50,879 nucleotides of DNA from Pseudomonadota bacterium (GTDB taxonomy: Bacteria > Pseudomonadota > Alphaproteobacteria > Micavibrionales > UBA2020). The position numbers were made by a program, and so were the translations under genes. Below the pieces are notes generated by a model, which was not told the origin of the DNA, made no database searches, and saw nothing but the letters and a program-made list of their open reading frames with translations. This document shows positions 16,936 through 26,702 of the stretch, one piece after another. The stretch spans positions 1 through 50,879 of the forward strand of contig JAZDGQ010000047.1 of assembly GCA_043806835.1 (NCBI GenBank). The letters run 5' to 3'. Position 1 is the stretch's first letter; each line of letters opens with the position of its first letter.

Positions 16936-18708
16936 ATGGGAAACGATCCGGGATATATGAATCCTATTATGAGAGATAGAGCTAAAATTGTAAGAGAAAA
17001 GCATAAACCCAAGGAATTAAAAGAAGGTCAAACTCCAGATCACGGAGAAAAAGTCAAGAATGCCCGCAAAAATGCTTTCCAATCCGCAGCCGGTGACGAC
17101 ACTTCCGCAGCTTCCGGAAAAGACAGGAAAAAAGCCCTGACAAAAGCCCGGAAGATGTTTTCAGAGTTCACGGAAAATACAGAGAAAATCAAACTGGGGA
17201 AAATAAGGCCGTACGTTGCTGCAATAGACGATAAAGGGATAATTGTAAGAGGCGATGCGGTCAAGACCGTCGTGGAGACCATCAGCACCCTTCTCCGGGA
17301 GGCAGGAGAAAAAGACGCTTCGGCGCTCTCCGCCAGCGGAAAGGCGAACGTCCTTTCCGTCGCCGCCAGGGAAGCATACGTGGAGAGCGCGCGCGTGCGC
17401 CTCGACCGGTTGAATGCTCTTTCAGAAGACCCGCAAAAGCCGGAAGCCCCACAGACCGTGAAAGCGATTGAATCAAAGGTAAGGAAAATAAACGACCTTC
17501 TTGCCGCCGCCGGAAATGCCCCCTGCAAGCTCGATTCGGCGGGAGGGGATCCCGATACGAGAATTGTCGCGGAAGCCGCCGTTTATGCGAACGGGAGGAG
17601 CGCGTGGCTGAGGATGACCGAACTCGCGCAGATCGGCAAATTCATGGAGGCCGCCGAGAGGGTGGCCAAAAAAAAGAATGACCCTGGAATCATAGAGGCT
17701 GCTAAAGGCAGACTCGAAGAAGGAGTCACGGATACCGTCTTTCACACGGTGATGGAAACGGACAATAACCTTATAACGGCAAAAAGTCTGGCCAGGCAGC
17801 ACAATCTTCCGGACATACCGTTGCCGGACGACGCCACGAAAAAGCTCTGCAAAAAAGCCCTGGAATATTTGTATTCCGTCGCCGAACAGAGTGAAGCATG
17901 GACGGAGATCATCATCGCGCCGGGGTTTGAAAAATACACGAAGCCGGACAAGGAATTGCCGGCCGGCGCCAAGGAAAAGAGGTCTCTTTTCAAAGGGCTC
18001 CTGGACACGCCGACTTTTTTTACAGGAGAAGCACCAACGGCGCAGGAGATTAAAGCGGAGGTCAATTCCACGACGACCGCGCAGAGCGGTACATTCTGGC
18101 GGATCGAAGAGAAAAAAGCCTCTCTCAATGAGAAAACCATCGGGGAAAGACTGGAGCCTTTTAAGGAAAGGCTTGACGCCCTTAAGGGCAGGGTTGTTAA
18201 AAACAGCGACTTTGATGCCGTCTGCGCGGAATTCGGATACGACCTGAAAAGCATCAAGTTTACCCCGCAGGAAATCGACGATAAACTCGCCGTGGCGCAC
18301 GGAAAAAGAAAAGATTTTCCTCAACCGGCGGCATATCTGTCACTTGAAACCGCTCAGAAAGTGCTGCTTCCCGCCTTTTCGTTTGATTTGGAAAAGGGTG
18401 TCTACGAAATCGATGGCAAAAAGGCGGGGGGCGTGCTTGCCAGAGGCAGGCTGCTTGAAGACAAACTGAAGGAGCATGATGGCGAGATGTACACTGAAAT
18501 CCGCCCCGAGATAAGAAGGAAGGCGATCCTTTTAGGTGACCCTGAAATTATCAAGGCTCTCGTGACGGCGGCGGAAAGGTGCCCGGATTGCAGCGATAAA
18601 GTCGGTTCGGGAAGCCTGATGGAGATGAGCAAGGCTTACGCCGTCGTCCGGGAATCCGTGAATAAGAAAGCAGTAGGGGTTAAAAAACCGTCTCCGAAAC
18701 CCGCCTGA
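16936..18708 (+). CDS. Large Lys/Ala/Glu-rich orphan protein (about 590 aa)
   Basis: Long ORF filling the gap between divergent and convergent genes; GGGAG SD before ATG 16936; no recognisable catalytic motif. Confidence 0.8.
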   Translation: MGNDPGYMNPIMRDRAKIVREKHKPKELKEGQTPDHGEKVKNARKNAFQSAAGDDTSAASGKDRKKALTKARKMFSEFTENTEKIKLGKIRPYVAAIDDKGIIVRGDAVKTVVETISTLLREAGEKDASALSASGKANVLSVAAREAYVESARVRLDRLNALSEDPQKPEAPQTVKAIESKVRKINDLLAAAGNAPCKLDSAGGDPDTRIVAEAAVYANGRSAWLRMTELAQIGKFMEAAERVAKKKNDPGIIEAAKGRLEEGVTDTVFHTVMETDNNLITAKSLARQHNLPDIPLPDDATKKLCKKALEYLYSVAEQSEAWTEIIIAPGFEKYTKPDKELPAGAKEKRSLFKGLLDTPTFFTGEAPTAQEIKAEVNSTTTAQSGTFWRIEEKKASLNEKTIGERLEPFKERLDALKGRVVKNSDFDAVCAEFGYDLKSIKFTPQEIDDKLAVAHGKRKDFPQPAAYLSLETAQKVLLPAFSFDLEKGVYEIDGKKAGGVLARGRLLEDKLKEHDGEMYTEIRPEIRRKAILLGDPEIIKALVTAAERCPDCSDKVGSGSLMEMSKAYAVVRESVNKKAVGVKKPSPKPA

Positions 18709-18730
18709 GAGCCCTATCTTTGTTCTTTCC

Positions 18731-18755
18731 GGCCCACGTTCTTGCGTGGCCTTTT
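18731..18755 (+). terminator. Possible intrinsic terminator of the orphan gene
   Basis: GGCCCACG-TTCTTG-CGTGGCC (one bulge) then TTTT. Confidence 0.35.
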
Positions 18756-18793
18756 CTCTTCTGCCGTTTTTCAGGGGAAATTTTGCGCGGAAA

Positions 18794-21772
18794 TCAGGGC
18801 ATCGGCGGCGCGGTCCCTGCGTCTCTCGGCATCATTTCCAGCATCTGCATTTCCTGCATAATTTTTTCGACGTCCCACCGGAGATCCGGGGAAGGCTGCG
18901 GAGAAGGCGCGGGAGATTCCTTTTTATCCTCTGGCCCGGACGGCTTGTCTTCTTCATCCAGCCGGTTCAGAATTCCCTTGATGGCGTTTTTGTCCGGCGG
19001 CGGTGAAAGTGCGGATGCGGGCGGTGGGGCAGGATTCCTTTTGAGGATAAACTTCCCGACCGGCTTTCCGTCCACCGTATAATCGGGCATTTCGGACGTG
19101 CGCCGCACTTTCAGAAGCGGAAAATCTTCCGGCTGATTCAGATGAAGATCGCCCGAAACGTCATATTTGCCCGTTTTCACATCCGCCGATCCGGTCACAG
19201 ACATATCTCCGCGCGCGCCCGGGAGCTTCAGCGTTTCAATGATGAACCTCCCGTCGTCAATTCTGAACGATCCGTAAACATCCCTGTACACCGTCGCGCC
19301 GTTCTTGCGGAAGATATCGTCGATGACCTGCTGAAGATTCTCCGGCACTCCGGTCAGCAGGCGCACCGCATCGCCCAGCTTGTCGAAATTGAACCGCTCG
19401 ACGATCAGTGTGTCTGTCCTGACGCCAATCCCTCCCGCAAGGGTGGACAGAGTATTTTTCGGGGATTTCAGGTCAAAATCCACATCCCCTCCCTTCAGAG
19501 AGAAAACGCTGAGACCCGTCTTCTTTTTCAGCAGGTCGAGATCAGCCTGCCTCAGGCTCCCTTTGAAACTGGACGACCAGCGTGAGCCTTCCTGCCGGAT
19601 GAACCCCATATCCGCCTTCAGCTTCCCGCCGAAGGCCTCCCCCTCCAGACCTGCAATCATCACGGAAGAGGGCGTTGCCTCCATCGTCAAGACCGGATTG
19701 GAAATATTCTGCCCCTGCCATGCCAGTTCCTCACCCCGTATCTTCAGGGAAAGCTCGGGCGCGGCGGACGGATATCCCGCCAGCCATTTATCAAGGTCAA
19801 ATTTTTTCACGGTCATGTCAGCGGCGTATTTCCCGCCGTCCGCCGTTCCCCTGAGCGCTATATCACCGCCGCCGGCATTGCCCTTTGCCGTGAAATCATA
19901 TTTCAGGGCACCCCCCCTGACCTCTCCTCCGATGTCGAAATTCTCCCACGTCAGCAGCGGCGGGAGAGCAACGCCGAGAACCTTGGCCGCGTCTGCGGAT
20001 TTTCCGGCCTTCAGGGTGTAGGAGACATCCATCCCCGATACCGGAAGCAGCGCCGCAAAGCGTCCTTTCACCGTAAAAGCGTCCTTGTCCGACAGGCTGC
20101 CTTTCAGTTCCCGAACATCGATCCCCTGCCCGTCGATTTTACCTTTGAAGGACATGTCCGGAATCCTGGCGCCGTTCCGGACATAATTTTTTGCTGTAAG
20201 CTCCATATCCGCGTCGGAATTCATGATCCTCCGGAGGAACCCCTCATAGGCCGCCGCCGGAAAAGAGGAGGGGTCCCAGTCGGAGAAGTGAAGTTTTGCG
20301 ACGAAATTCGGCTTTGATGCCGAACGATCCACGTTCAGAACCCCGGAAACTTTCGCCTTGTCCCCGACGACGGCGTCTATATTGAAAAAGCTGATCCTTG
20401 AGGGCGACACCAGAAGCCCGCTGGACAATGTGAATTTTTTGACGAGGCCGGTATCGCTCAGAGACCTGAAAATGCTGTTATCGTCAGGGCCGAGGGCGTT
20501 AACCAGTTTTCCCAGATCCTCCGTGAGGATCTGAACCGTTTTATAATCGGCGCTGTCCGTCGCGGGCGTCATCACGCCTGAAAGCCTGATCTGCGAATGA
20601 CCGGGCAGGCTGACCTGTGCCGATTTGATCGTCCATGCCTTCTGGTCGAACGTCGCGGAAATATCCGCAGTTCCCAGCTTCCTCCCGTCCCAGAGGATAT
20701 TTTTACCTTTGAACTGCAAACTTCCGTCAAACGCGCCCGGCACGTCCACGTACGAGCCGTCGGATTTATCCGTGACCGCGAGGTTGTCTCCCTCCAGGTC
20801 GAAATCAACGGAGGGCTTCCCGGGGCGGAAGAAAGACGCGGTAATTCCTCCCCGCAAATTCCCCTCCTTCCCGAATTTCGCCTTGATGTCGCTCAGGACG
20901 AGATGGGCTTTTCCGTACTCCTGGATCTTCAGCATGCAAGTGATCTCGGCGGTCTCGCGCATAAAGCCGAACCTGTTCAGGGAATCGACATCGAGAAGGC
21001 TGCCCAGACTGCCCTGCGCGACGGTCATTTCTCCCTGAACATCGAAGCCGGATTGCAGATCCATGACGCCGTCAAACGTGACCCTGGGCAGCGGCTCCCC
21101 GCCGGGCGTAAGGGAAATATGGACGGGGACGGGAGCCACAGCGTCATACGCTCCTGTGTTCAGGACGATTTTCACCGGCAGATTCCGGTGCTTCATGCCA
21201 CCGGTGACGCGATAGGGCCCCAGCAGCGTGTCCGCAGCCACGGAAAAATCGAGATTTTCGATTCTCCCCGCCACTCCGGTAAACCGGTTCAGGTAATTGA
21301 CCGTCCCGTTCGTGACCGTCACGCGGTTGAGCCGCACCGCCGACGGCGCGATGCCGGAAACAACCGGCGGCTTTCCCTTCAGGATCGCCGCCCAGCTGGT
21401 GGCCCTGCCGTCTTCGAGAACCTCAAGGTTCAGGACAGGCTCGACGAGATTGATGTCCTCGACCTCGACCCTCCCCTCCAGAAGGGGCGCCAGACCGATG
21501 CGTATCTTCAGCCGTTTCAAAGCCATAAACGGCCCGGATTTCGCGCCTTCGATGTTCGATATCGTCACCGTTTCCAGAACGATTTCAGGCTGCGGGATGA
21601 TTTTGAAGGAAATATTCCCGGCCACGTCGATCCGGCGCTGCAGATAAGGAGACACCTGCGCCAGAATTTTGTCCTTGTGAGGGTTCCAGTCGATAAAGCC
21701 CGGCGCAACCAGACCTACTCCCGCCAGAAACAGGCTCAAGAAAAACAGTACCGAAACGATACGTTTCATCAT
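18794..21772 (-). CDS. asmA: AsmA-family protein (probable lipid-transfer bridge)
   Basis: N-terminal anchor followed by PGFIDWN..K..I..Q....L.R.I.V.G.ISF...PQP, typical of AsmA, and long beta-rich repeats. The start at 21772 overlaps the lpxB stop (ATGA). Confidence 0.85.
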   Translation of the reverse strand: MMKRIVSVLFFLSLFLAGVGLVAPGFIDWNPHKDKILAQVSPYLQRRIDVAGNISFKIIPQPEIVLETVTISNIEGAKSGPFMALKRLKIRIGLAPLLEGRVEVEDINLVEPVLNLEVLEDGRATSWAAILKGKPPVVSGIAPSAVRLNRVTVTNGTVNYLNRFTGVAGRIENLDFSVAADTLLGPYRVTGGMKHRNLPVKIVLNTGAYDAVAPVPVHISLTPGGEPLPRVTFDGVMDLQSGFDVQGEMTVAQGSLGSLLDVDSLNRFGFMRETAEITCMLKIQEYGKAHLVLSDIKAKFGKEGNLRGGITASFFRPGKPSVDFDLEGDNLAVTDKSDGSYVDVPGAFDGSLQFKGKNILWDGRKLGTADISATFDQKAWTIKSAQVSLPGHSQIRLSGVMTPATDSADYKTVQILTEDLGKLVNALGPDDNSIFRSLSDTGLVKKFTLSSGLLVSPSRISFFNIDAVVGDKAKVSGVLNVDRSASKPNFVAKLHFSDWDPSSFPAAAYEGFLRRIMNSDADMELTAKNYVRNGARIPDMSFKGKIDGQGIDVRELKGSLSDKDAFTVKGRFAALLPVSGMDVSYTLKAGKSADAAKVLGVALPPLLTWENFDIGGEVRGGALKYDFTAKGNAGGGDIALRGTADGGKYAADMTVKKFDLDKWLAGYPSAAPELSLKIRGEELAWQGQNISNPVLTMEATPSSVMIAGLEGEAFGGKLKADMGFIRQEGSRWSSSFKGSLRQADLDLLKKKTGLSVFSLKGGDVDFDLKSPKNTLSTLAGGIGVRTDTLIVERFNFDKLGDAVRLLTGVPENLQQVIDDIFRKNGATVYRDVYGSFRIDDGRFIIETLKLPGARGDMSVTGSADVKTGKYDVSGDLHLNQPEDFPLLKVRRTSEMPDYTVDGKPVGKFILKRNPAPPPASALSPPPDKNAIKGILNRLDEEDKPSGPEDKKESPAPSPQPSPDLRWDVEKIMQEMQMLEMMPRDAGTAPPMP

Positions 21773-22944
21773 GTTCCGACTCCCGTCTTGTCTATGACAG
21801 ATAGTACGGCTTTGGCGGCCTTCTGGCCAGGGCTTTCGGGGTCTCCGAGGCCGATCTTGATGAGCGCCTCGCGAAAATACATAAGCTGAGATGCGCGGGC
21901 GTCCCTGCGCTCCAGAAGTTCGAGGATCTCCTTCGCCATCGTCTCCACCTCGCACCGCTCCTGCAGCAGTTCCGGCACGACAGGGCGCTCCAGAAGAATA
22001 TTGACAAGATTCACATAAGGAGTCTTGATCAGCCACCGGGCCAGACAGGCTGAAATCGGGTTCACCCTGTAGGCGATGATATGCGGCGTATCCGTGATGG
22101 CGAGTTCCAGCGACACGGAGCCGGATGCCGCAAGCGCGGCCGTGCTCGCTGAAAAACAGTCGAATTTTTCCTCGTTCCGGTCGATCAGGATCGGGTTGAT
22201 GCCCTTGCCCGCGAAAAACTTCTCAAGATGCTTTCTCAGATGCGGCAGCGTCGGCACGACGATGACCGTATCCGGTCTGCGCCGCAGCACGATGGCCGCC
22301 GTCGCGCAGAATTTCTTCAGCAGACGAGAAACCTCGCTCATGCGGCTTCCGGGCAGCAGGCACAGGATCGGCTGCGTTTCCTTGATGCCGTGTTTCCAGA
22401 GGAAATATTCGCCGTTCCCCCGCTGCGACAGACGCTCCACGACCGGGTGCCCGACGAAAGTGGACGCCAGCCCGTGCCTCTCGAAATAGGGGGGCTCGAA
22501 CGGAAGCAGCGTCAGCATATGATCCAGGAACCGCGCCACTTTTTTGGCGCGCCCCGGCCTCCATGCCCAGACGCTCGGCGCGACGTAGTGGATGCACGGA
22601 ATGGTTTTCGTTTTCGATTTCACCCTTTTGACGACCCGGAAGCAAAAATCCGGGGAGTCGATTGTGACGACGGCGTCCGGCCTCGTCTTCAGTATCTCGC
22701 GGGACGTCTGCCGGATGCGCGCAAGGATATGAAACAATTTCGGCAGCACCTCGGCGATGCCCATGATGGAAATCTCTTTCATCGGAAAAAAGCTCGTCAG
22801 CCCCTCCTCCGTCATGAGGCTTCCACCGACGCCGAAAAACTCCGCATCCGGATGCTGTCCCTTCAGGGCGTGCATCAGGCTGGCGCCAAGAAAATCCCCC
22901 GACGCTTCCCCGGCGACCAGAAATATGCGGAGAGGGCGGTTCAT
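21769..22944 (-). CDS. lpxB: Lipid-A-disaccharide synthase
   Basis: VAGEASGD, IDSPDF, HYVAPSVWAWR, FVGHP, LPGSR and ASGSVSLE. Confidence 0.97.
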   Translation of the reverse strand: MNRPLRIFLVAGEASGDFLGASLMHALKGQHPDAEFFGVGGSLMTEEGLTSFFPMKEISIMGIAEVLPKLFHILARIRQTSREILKTRPDAVVTIDSPDFCFRVVKRVKSKTKTIPCIHYVAPSVWAWRPGRAKKVARFLDHMLTLLPFEPPYFERHGLASTFVGHPVVERLSQRGNGEYFLWKHGIKETQPILCLLPGSRMSEVSRLLKKFCATAAIVLRRRPDTVIVVPTLPHLRKHLEKFFAGKGINPILIDRNEEKFDCFSASTAALAASGSVSLELAITDTPHIIAYRVNPISACLARWLIKTPYVNLVNILLERPVVPELLQERCEVETMAKEILELLERRDARASQLMYFREALIKIGLGDPESPGQKAAKAVLSVIDKTGVGT

Positions 22945-23756
22945 GGCGCTTTGAATCCTGTTATAAAAAGCCCGAGCCTGTCGGCGGCGGAGACCACGTC
23001 CTCGCGGTCTAGCAGCAGGGAAGCTCCCGCTTCCGCCGCAATCCCTTCCAGCCCCGCCTCATAGGCGTGACGGAGGGTGCGAAGACCGATGGCCGGCAGA
23101 TCCATGCGCCTGTCCTGCTGCGGCTTGCAGGTCTTGACCAGCACGCCGCCGCGCCCCTTGCGGCGCAATCCCCCGCACCGTTCCAGCAGCGCGTCCGTGC
23201 CTTCCACGGCTTCGACGCCGAGCACGATTCCCTGCTGGACGACCGCCGCCTGCCCGACATCCAGCGATCCCAGAGCCTTGACGACCCTGAAGCCGTATTC
23301 CACGTCGGCTTTATTTTCGGGAGAAGGCTGTTTTTTGGTCAGAACGCCTTCGGGCGTGATAAGAGCAGGCTCGATTTCATGCGCCCCGACCAGTTTGAAT
23401 CCGTCTTTCTCCAGCTCCGCAGCAACGGCGCGCAGGAGGGAGTCATCCCCGAACGCAGCCATTCCCAGCCGCGCAAAAACCTGCAACGTGCGCCAGTCCG
23501 GTTTCATCTCCATCAATCCGGGACGCCGCACAGAACCCGCCATAACCAGCGTATCAACATTTTCCGCCTTGAGGACGCCGACGGCCTCCCCGATGGCACC
23601 AATTCTGCACCAGCGGTGGGGAACGTCATTGAGAATTTTTTTATCCGCCTGACCCAACAGCGCCAGCACGAAAAACGGTCTGCCGCCACGCTGACATGCT
23701 TCGATAAGCTTTTTAGGAAGGCCGCCGCCGCCAGCTATGATTCCGAGACGCGACAT
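22941..23756 (-). CDS. lpxI: UDP-2,3-diacylglucosamine hydrolase LpxI
   Basis: LGIIAGGGGLP, DVGQAAVV, VEAVEGTDALL and QDRRMDLPAIG; sits between lpxA and lpxB. Confidence 0.95.
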   Translation of the reverse strand: MSRLGIIAGGGGLPKKLIEACQRGGRPFFVLALLGQADKKILNDVPHRWCRIGAIGEAVGVLKAENVDTLVMAGSVRRPGLMEMKPDWRTLQVFARLGMAAFGDDSLLRAVAAELEKDGFKLVGAHEIEPALITPEGVLTKKQPSPENKADVEYGFRVVKALGSLDVGQAAVVQQGIVLGVEAVEGTDALLERCGGLRRKGRGGVLVKTCKPQQDRRMDLPAIGLRTLRHAYEAGLEGIAAEAGASLLLDREDVVSAADRLGLFITGFKAP

Positions 23757-23760
23757 GGGC

Positions 23761-24561
23761 TTATCCGCCGGAAGTTATGGGCTGAAGGAGCGACCGCCCC
23801 TCCTTCGCCCTGATGAAATCGATCATGCGCATGACGGCCTGCTCGTCCCTGTAGTCGTTGGCCACTTTTTCCGTGCGCTCCGCGAGGGTTCCACCCCCCT
23901 CGAACAACATCTTGAACGCCTTCATCAGCGTCTGCACCTCCGCCTTGGCGAAACCGCGCCGCTCCAGGCCGATGTAGTTGAGCCCCGCGAGGTGCGCTCT
24001 CTCCCCTTTGACAAGCCCGAAGGGGATGACGTCATATTCCACGCCGGACATGCCGCCGATCATGGCGTAAGAGCCGATGCGGACGAACTGATGCACCGCC
24101 GCCAAGCCCCCGATGATCGCGAAATCGCCGACTTCCACATGTCCCGCCAGCGTCGCGTTGTTGGCCATGACGACGCTGTTCCCGACGATGCAGTCATGGG
24201 CGACATGGGACGCCGTCATGAACAGGGAACCGTCGCCGACGACCGTCTTCATCCTGCCGCCCTCGGTGCCGGGATTCATGGTGACGTGCTCGCGGATTTT
24301 GTTGTTCCTGCCGATCAGCAGTTCCGACTTCTCGCCCTTGTATTTCAGATCCTGCGGCGCATGGCCGAGCGACGCGAAGGGAAACACCACCGTTCCTTCT
24401 CCGATGGAGGTGCGCCCCTCGATAACGACATGGGATTTGAGTTCGACCCCGTCTCCGAGCCGGACTTCCGCGCCGACCACGCAGTAGGGGCCGATGCTGA
24501 CGCCGGCGCCAAGCTCCGCGCCCTTTTCAACGATGGCCGTCGTATGAATCCGCGCCGTCAT
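23761..24561 (-). CDS. lpxA: Acyl-ACP--UDP-GlcNAc O-acyltransferase
   Basis: IHTTAIV, hexapeptide repeats, PQDLKYKGE and HVAHDC. The start at 24561 overlaps the fabZ stop. Confidence 0.97.
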   Translation of the reverse strand: MTARIHTTAIVEKGAELGAGVSIGPYCVVGAEVRLGDGVELKSHVVIEGRTSIGEGTVVFPFASLGHAPQDLKYKGEKSELLIGRNNKIREHVTMNPGTEGGRMKTVVGDGSLFMTASHVAHDCIVGNSVVMANNATLAGHVEVGDFAIIGGLAAVHQFVRIGSYAMIGGMSGVEYDVIPFGLVKGERAHLAGLNYIGLERRGFAKAEVQTLMKAFKMLFEGGGTLAERTEKVANDYRDEQAVMRMIDFIRAKEGRSLLQPITSGG

Positions 24562-25010
24562 TCCACACCGTCCATAATCATCGCGGTGATGCACGCTTCC
24601 GCGCACAGAGCCGCGCCGACCTTCGCCTCGCACCGGAACTTCCAGACATTGCGGCGGTTTTGCTCTTTTTTGACGTGGATATGCAGCGCATCCCCCGGCA
24701 TCACGGGCTTCCTGAACTTGGCGGCCTCAATCCCCATGAAGTAGACCAGCTTCCCCTCCAGCGCGGAACCGGCCGAATGCACGACGAGCGCCGCCGAAGT
24801 CTGCGCCATGGCCTCGATAATCAGCACACCCGGCATCACGGGAGCCCCGGGAAAATGCCCCTGAAAAAAATTTTCGTTGATCGTCACGTTTTTGAGACCC
24901 ACGGCGCTCTCGTTCGGCACGACCTCCAGCACCCTGTCAATCATCAGGAAAGGATAGCGGTGCGGGATCATCTTCATGATGCGCCTGATATCGATCACGC
25001 CGCCGGTCAT
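24558..25010 (-). CDS. fabZ: 3-hydroxyacyl-ACP dehydratase
   Basis: [13 protein letters not shown] and [22 protein letters not shown]. Confidence 0.98.
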   Translation of the reverse strand: MTGGVIDIRRIMKMIPHRYPFLMIDRVLEVVPNESAVGLKNVTINENFFQGHFPGAPVMPGVLIIEAMAQTSAALVVHSAGSALEGKLVYFMGIEAAKFRKPVMPGDALHIHVKKEQNRRNVWKFRCEAKVGAALCAEACITAMIMDGVE

Positions 25011-26038
25011 GTTTCATCCCCCTTTTTTTTCGATGCCAGTTTCGCAAGCAGCGCCGCCTGCCGCATCCCCTGCTTCATCGGGACGGCGGGGGAGCCCATG
25101 CATTTCATCCCCTCCGGAACGTCCCGCATGATGCCGGACTGGGCAGCAATTTGAACGCCGGAACCGATCCTGATATGCCCCGCCACGCCGGTCTGGCCGC
25201 CGATCATCACATGGTCGCCGACCTGCGTGCTGCCGGAGATGCCCACCTGCGCCACGATCACGCAATATTTTCCGATCTTCACATTATGGCCGATCTGAAC
25301 GAGATTATCGATGCGCGTCCCCTGCCCGATCACCGTGTCCGGCCCCGCGCCGCGATCAATCGTCGTGTTAGCGCCAATCTCGACATCGGATTCGATGATG
25401 ACACGCCCCAGTTGCGGGACGCTCGTAAATCCAGAGGCATCCATCGCGAAGCCGAAGCCCGGCCTGCCGATACAAACCCCCGGATAAAGCCGCACACCGG
25501 AACCGATCAGCGCGTGCGTGATATAGGCGTGCGACCCGATATCGCAATCATCCCCGATTTCAACACCTTTCCGGATCACCGCCTGCGCCTGTATCCGGCA
25601 GCGGTCGCCGATCCTGACGTCCGCACCGATAATGACACCGTCCTCGATCACGCACTCCACACCGATCACGGCGGAAGCATCAATCAAAGCCGTCGGCGCA
25701 CGAAAAGCCGCCGGAGCCTCAGGCGGATAGAACGCCCGCGCCGCAATCGCGTATGCCTTATACGGATTTTCGTTCATCAGGCACACCGTCGCCGCAGGAG
25801 AAAACTCCGCCAGTTCCGGACGCACGAAACAGGCTCCCGCCCGCGTCGTCTTGAAAGCCTCTATGTATTTTTTATTGTCAAGGAAGCTCAGATGCGTTTT
25901 TTCAGCCGTTTCCAGGGGAGCAACATCGGTCACGACCTCCCCCGCCCGGGACGGATCGGACAACGCCGATCCCGTCATTTCCGCGAGTTGTCCTAAACGA
26001 AAATGCCCCGCAAGGGTGAAAAAACGCCGGTCTGCCAT
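25007..26038 (-). CDS. lpxD: UDP-3-O-acylglucosamine N-acyltransferase
   Basis: MADRRFF, hexapeptide repeats, PGFGF, VPQLGRV, TTIDRG and [10 protein letters not shown]. Confidence 0.97.
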   Translation of the reverse strand: MADRRFFTLAGHFRLGQLAEMTGSALSDPSRAGEVVTDVAPLETAEKTHLSFLDNKKYIEAFKTTRAGACFVRPELAEFSPAATVCLMNENPYKAYAIAARAFYPPEAPAAFRAPTALIDASAVIGVECVIEDGVIIGADVRIGDRCRIQAQAVIRKGVEIGDDCDIGSHAYITHALIGSGVRLYPGVCIGRPGFGFAMDASGFTSVPQLGRVIIESDVEIGANTTIDRGAGPDTVIGQGTRIDNLVQIGHNVKIGKYCVIVAQVGISGSTQVGDHVMIGGQTGVAGHIRIGSGVQIAAQSGIMRDVPEGMKCMGSPAVPMKQGMRQAALLAKLASKKKGDET

Positions 26039-26047
26039 CTTGCCAAC

Positions 26048-26668
26048 TTATTTCTTCTTGCCGCTTTTGACGGCGGAAGCATTTTCCGGCGCGGCAGCAG
26101 GCCACTCGACGGGGAATTTTGCCGCAGTTTTATTCAGCCTCTCGATGACGATGTCCGTCATATCAAAACCGGGCACGGAAAGCATCACCGCATCCTGAGT
26201 AAAAACGACCGAGTATCCCTTTTCCCTGGCGACATCAGCGACGATTGCAGCCGCCTTGTCGCGCAGATTTTTCATGGAATTGTTAAACGCCTCATCCAGT
26301 ATCTGCTTGCGGTCGTTGACAAGTTTTTGCCCGGCGGCGACTTTTTCCTCGAACTCCCTGCGCTTCTTGTCAAACTCATTCTTGGAAAAAGTGTCTTTCA
26401 GCTTCTCGATCTCCTGCCCGGCGGCGCGCAGGGCTTCCTCTTCTGCGGAAATCTGTACCTGATACTCCTTGCGCCTGCCGTCAAGCTGGCTGAAAATATC
26501 TTTCGCGGCGGATGTCGTCTGCATGACCTTGCTCATGTCAATCACCCCGAAACTCTGCACGACAGGCACAGGTGTCGGTGTCGGCTCGTCTGCGGCCAGC
26601 GCCGGCAGGGCGAACCCGGCCATCGCCGCGATGCCCGCCAGCAGAATTATCCTTTTCATCGTCTTCAT
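26048..26668 (-). CDS. skp: OmpH/Skp periplasmic chaperone
   Basis: Signal peptide, GVIDM..V, coiled-coil and DMTDIVIERLN; located between bamA and lpxD. Confidence 0.9.
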   Translation of the reverse strand: MKTMKRIILLAGIAAMAGFALPALAADEPTPTPVPVVQSFGVIDMSKVMQTTSAAKDIFSQLDGRRKEYQVQISAEEEALRAAGQEIEKLKDTFSKNEFDKKRREFEEKVAAGQKLVNDRKQILDEAFNNSMKNLRDKAAAIVADVAREKGYSVVFTQDAVMLSVPGFDMTDIVIERLNKTAAKFPVEWPAAAPENASAVKSGKKK

Positions 26669-26702
26669 TTTTTTCCTCGTTTGTTGACTGTTGCCGGTTG
26701 TT

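Noticed and set aside
21773-22036. N-terminal extensions in the ORF track (asmA; also frr, uppS, cdsA, aroE, lpxA, pyrH)
   Set aside because: They overlap the upstream gene. Internal ATGs that overlap or closely follow the upstream stop match the expected protein starts.
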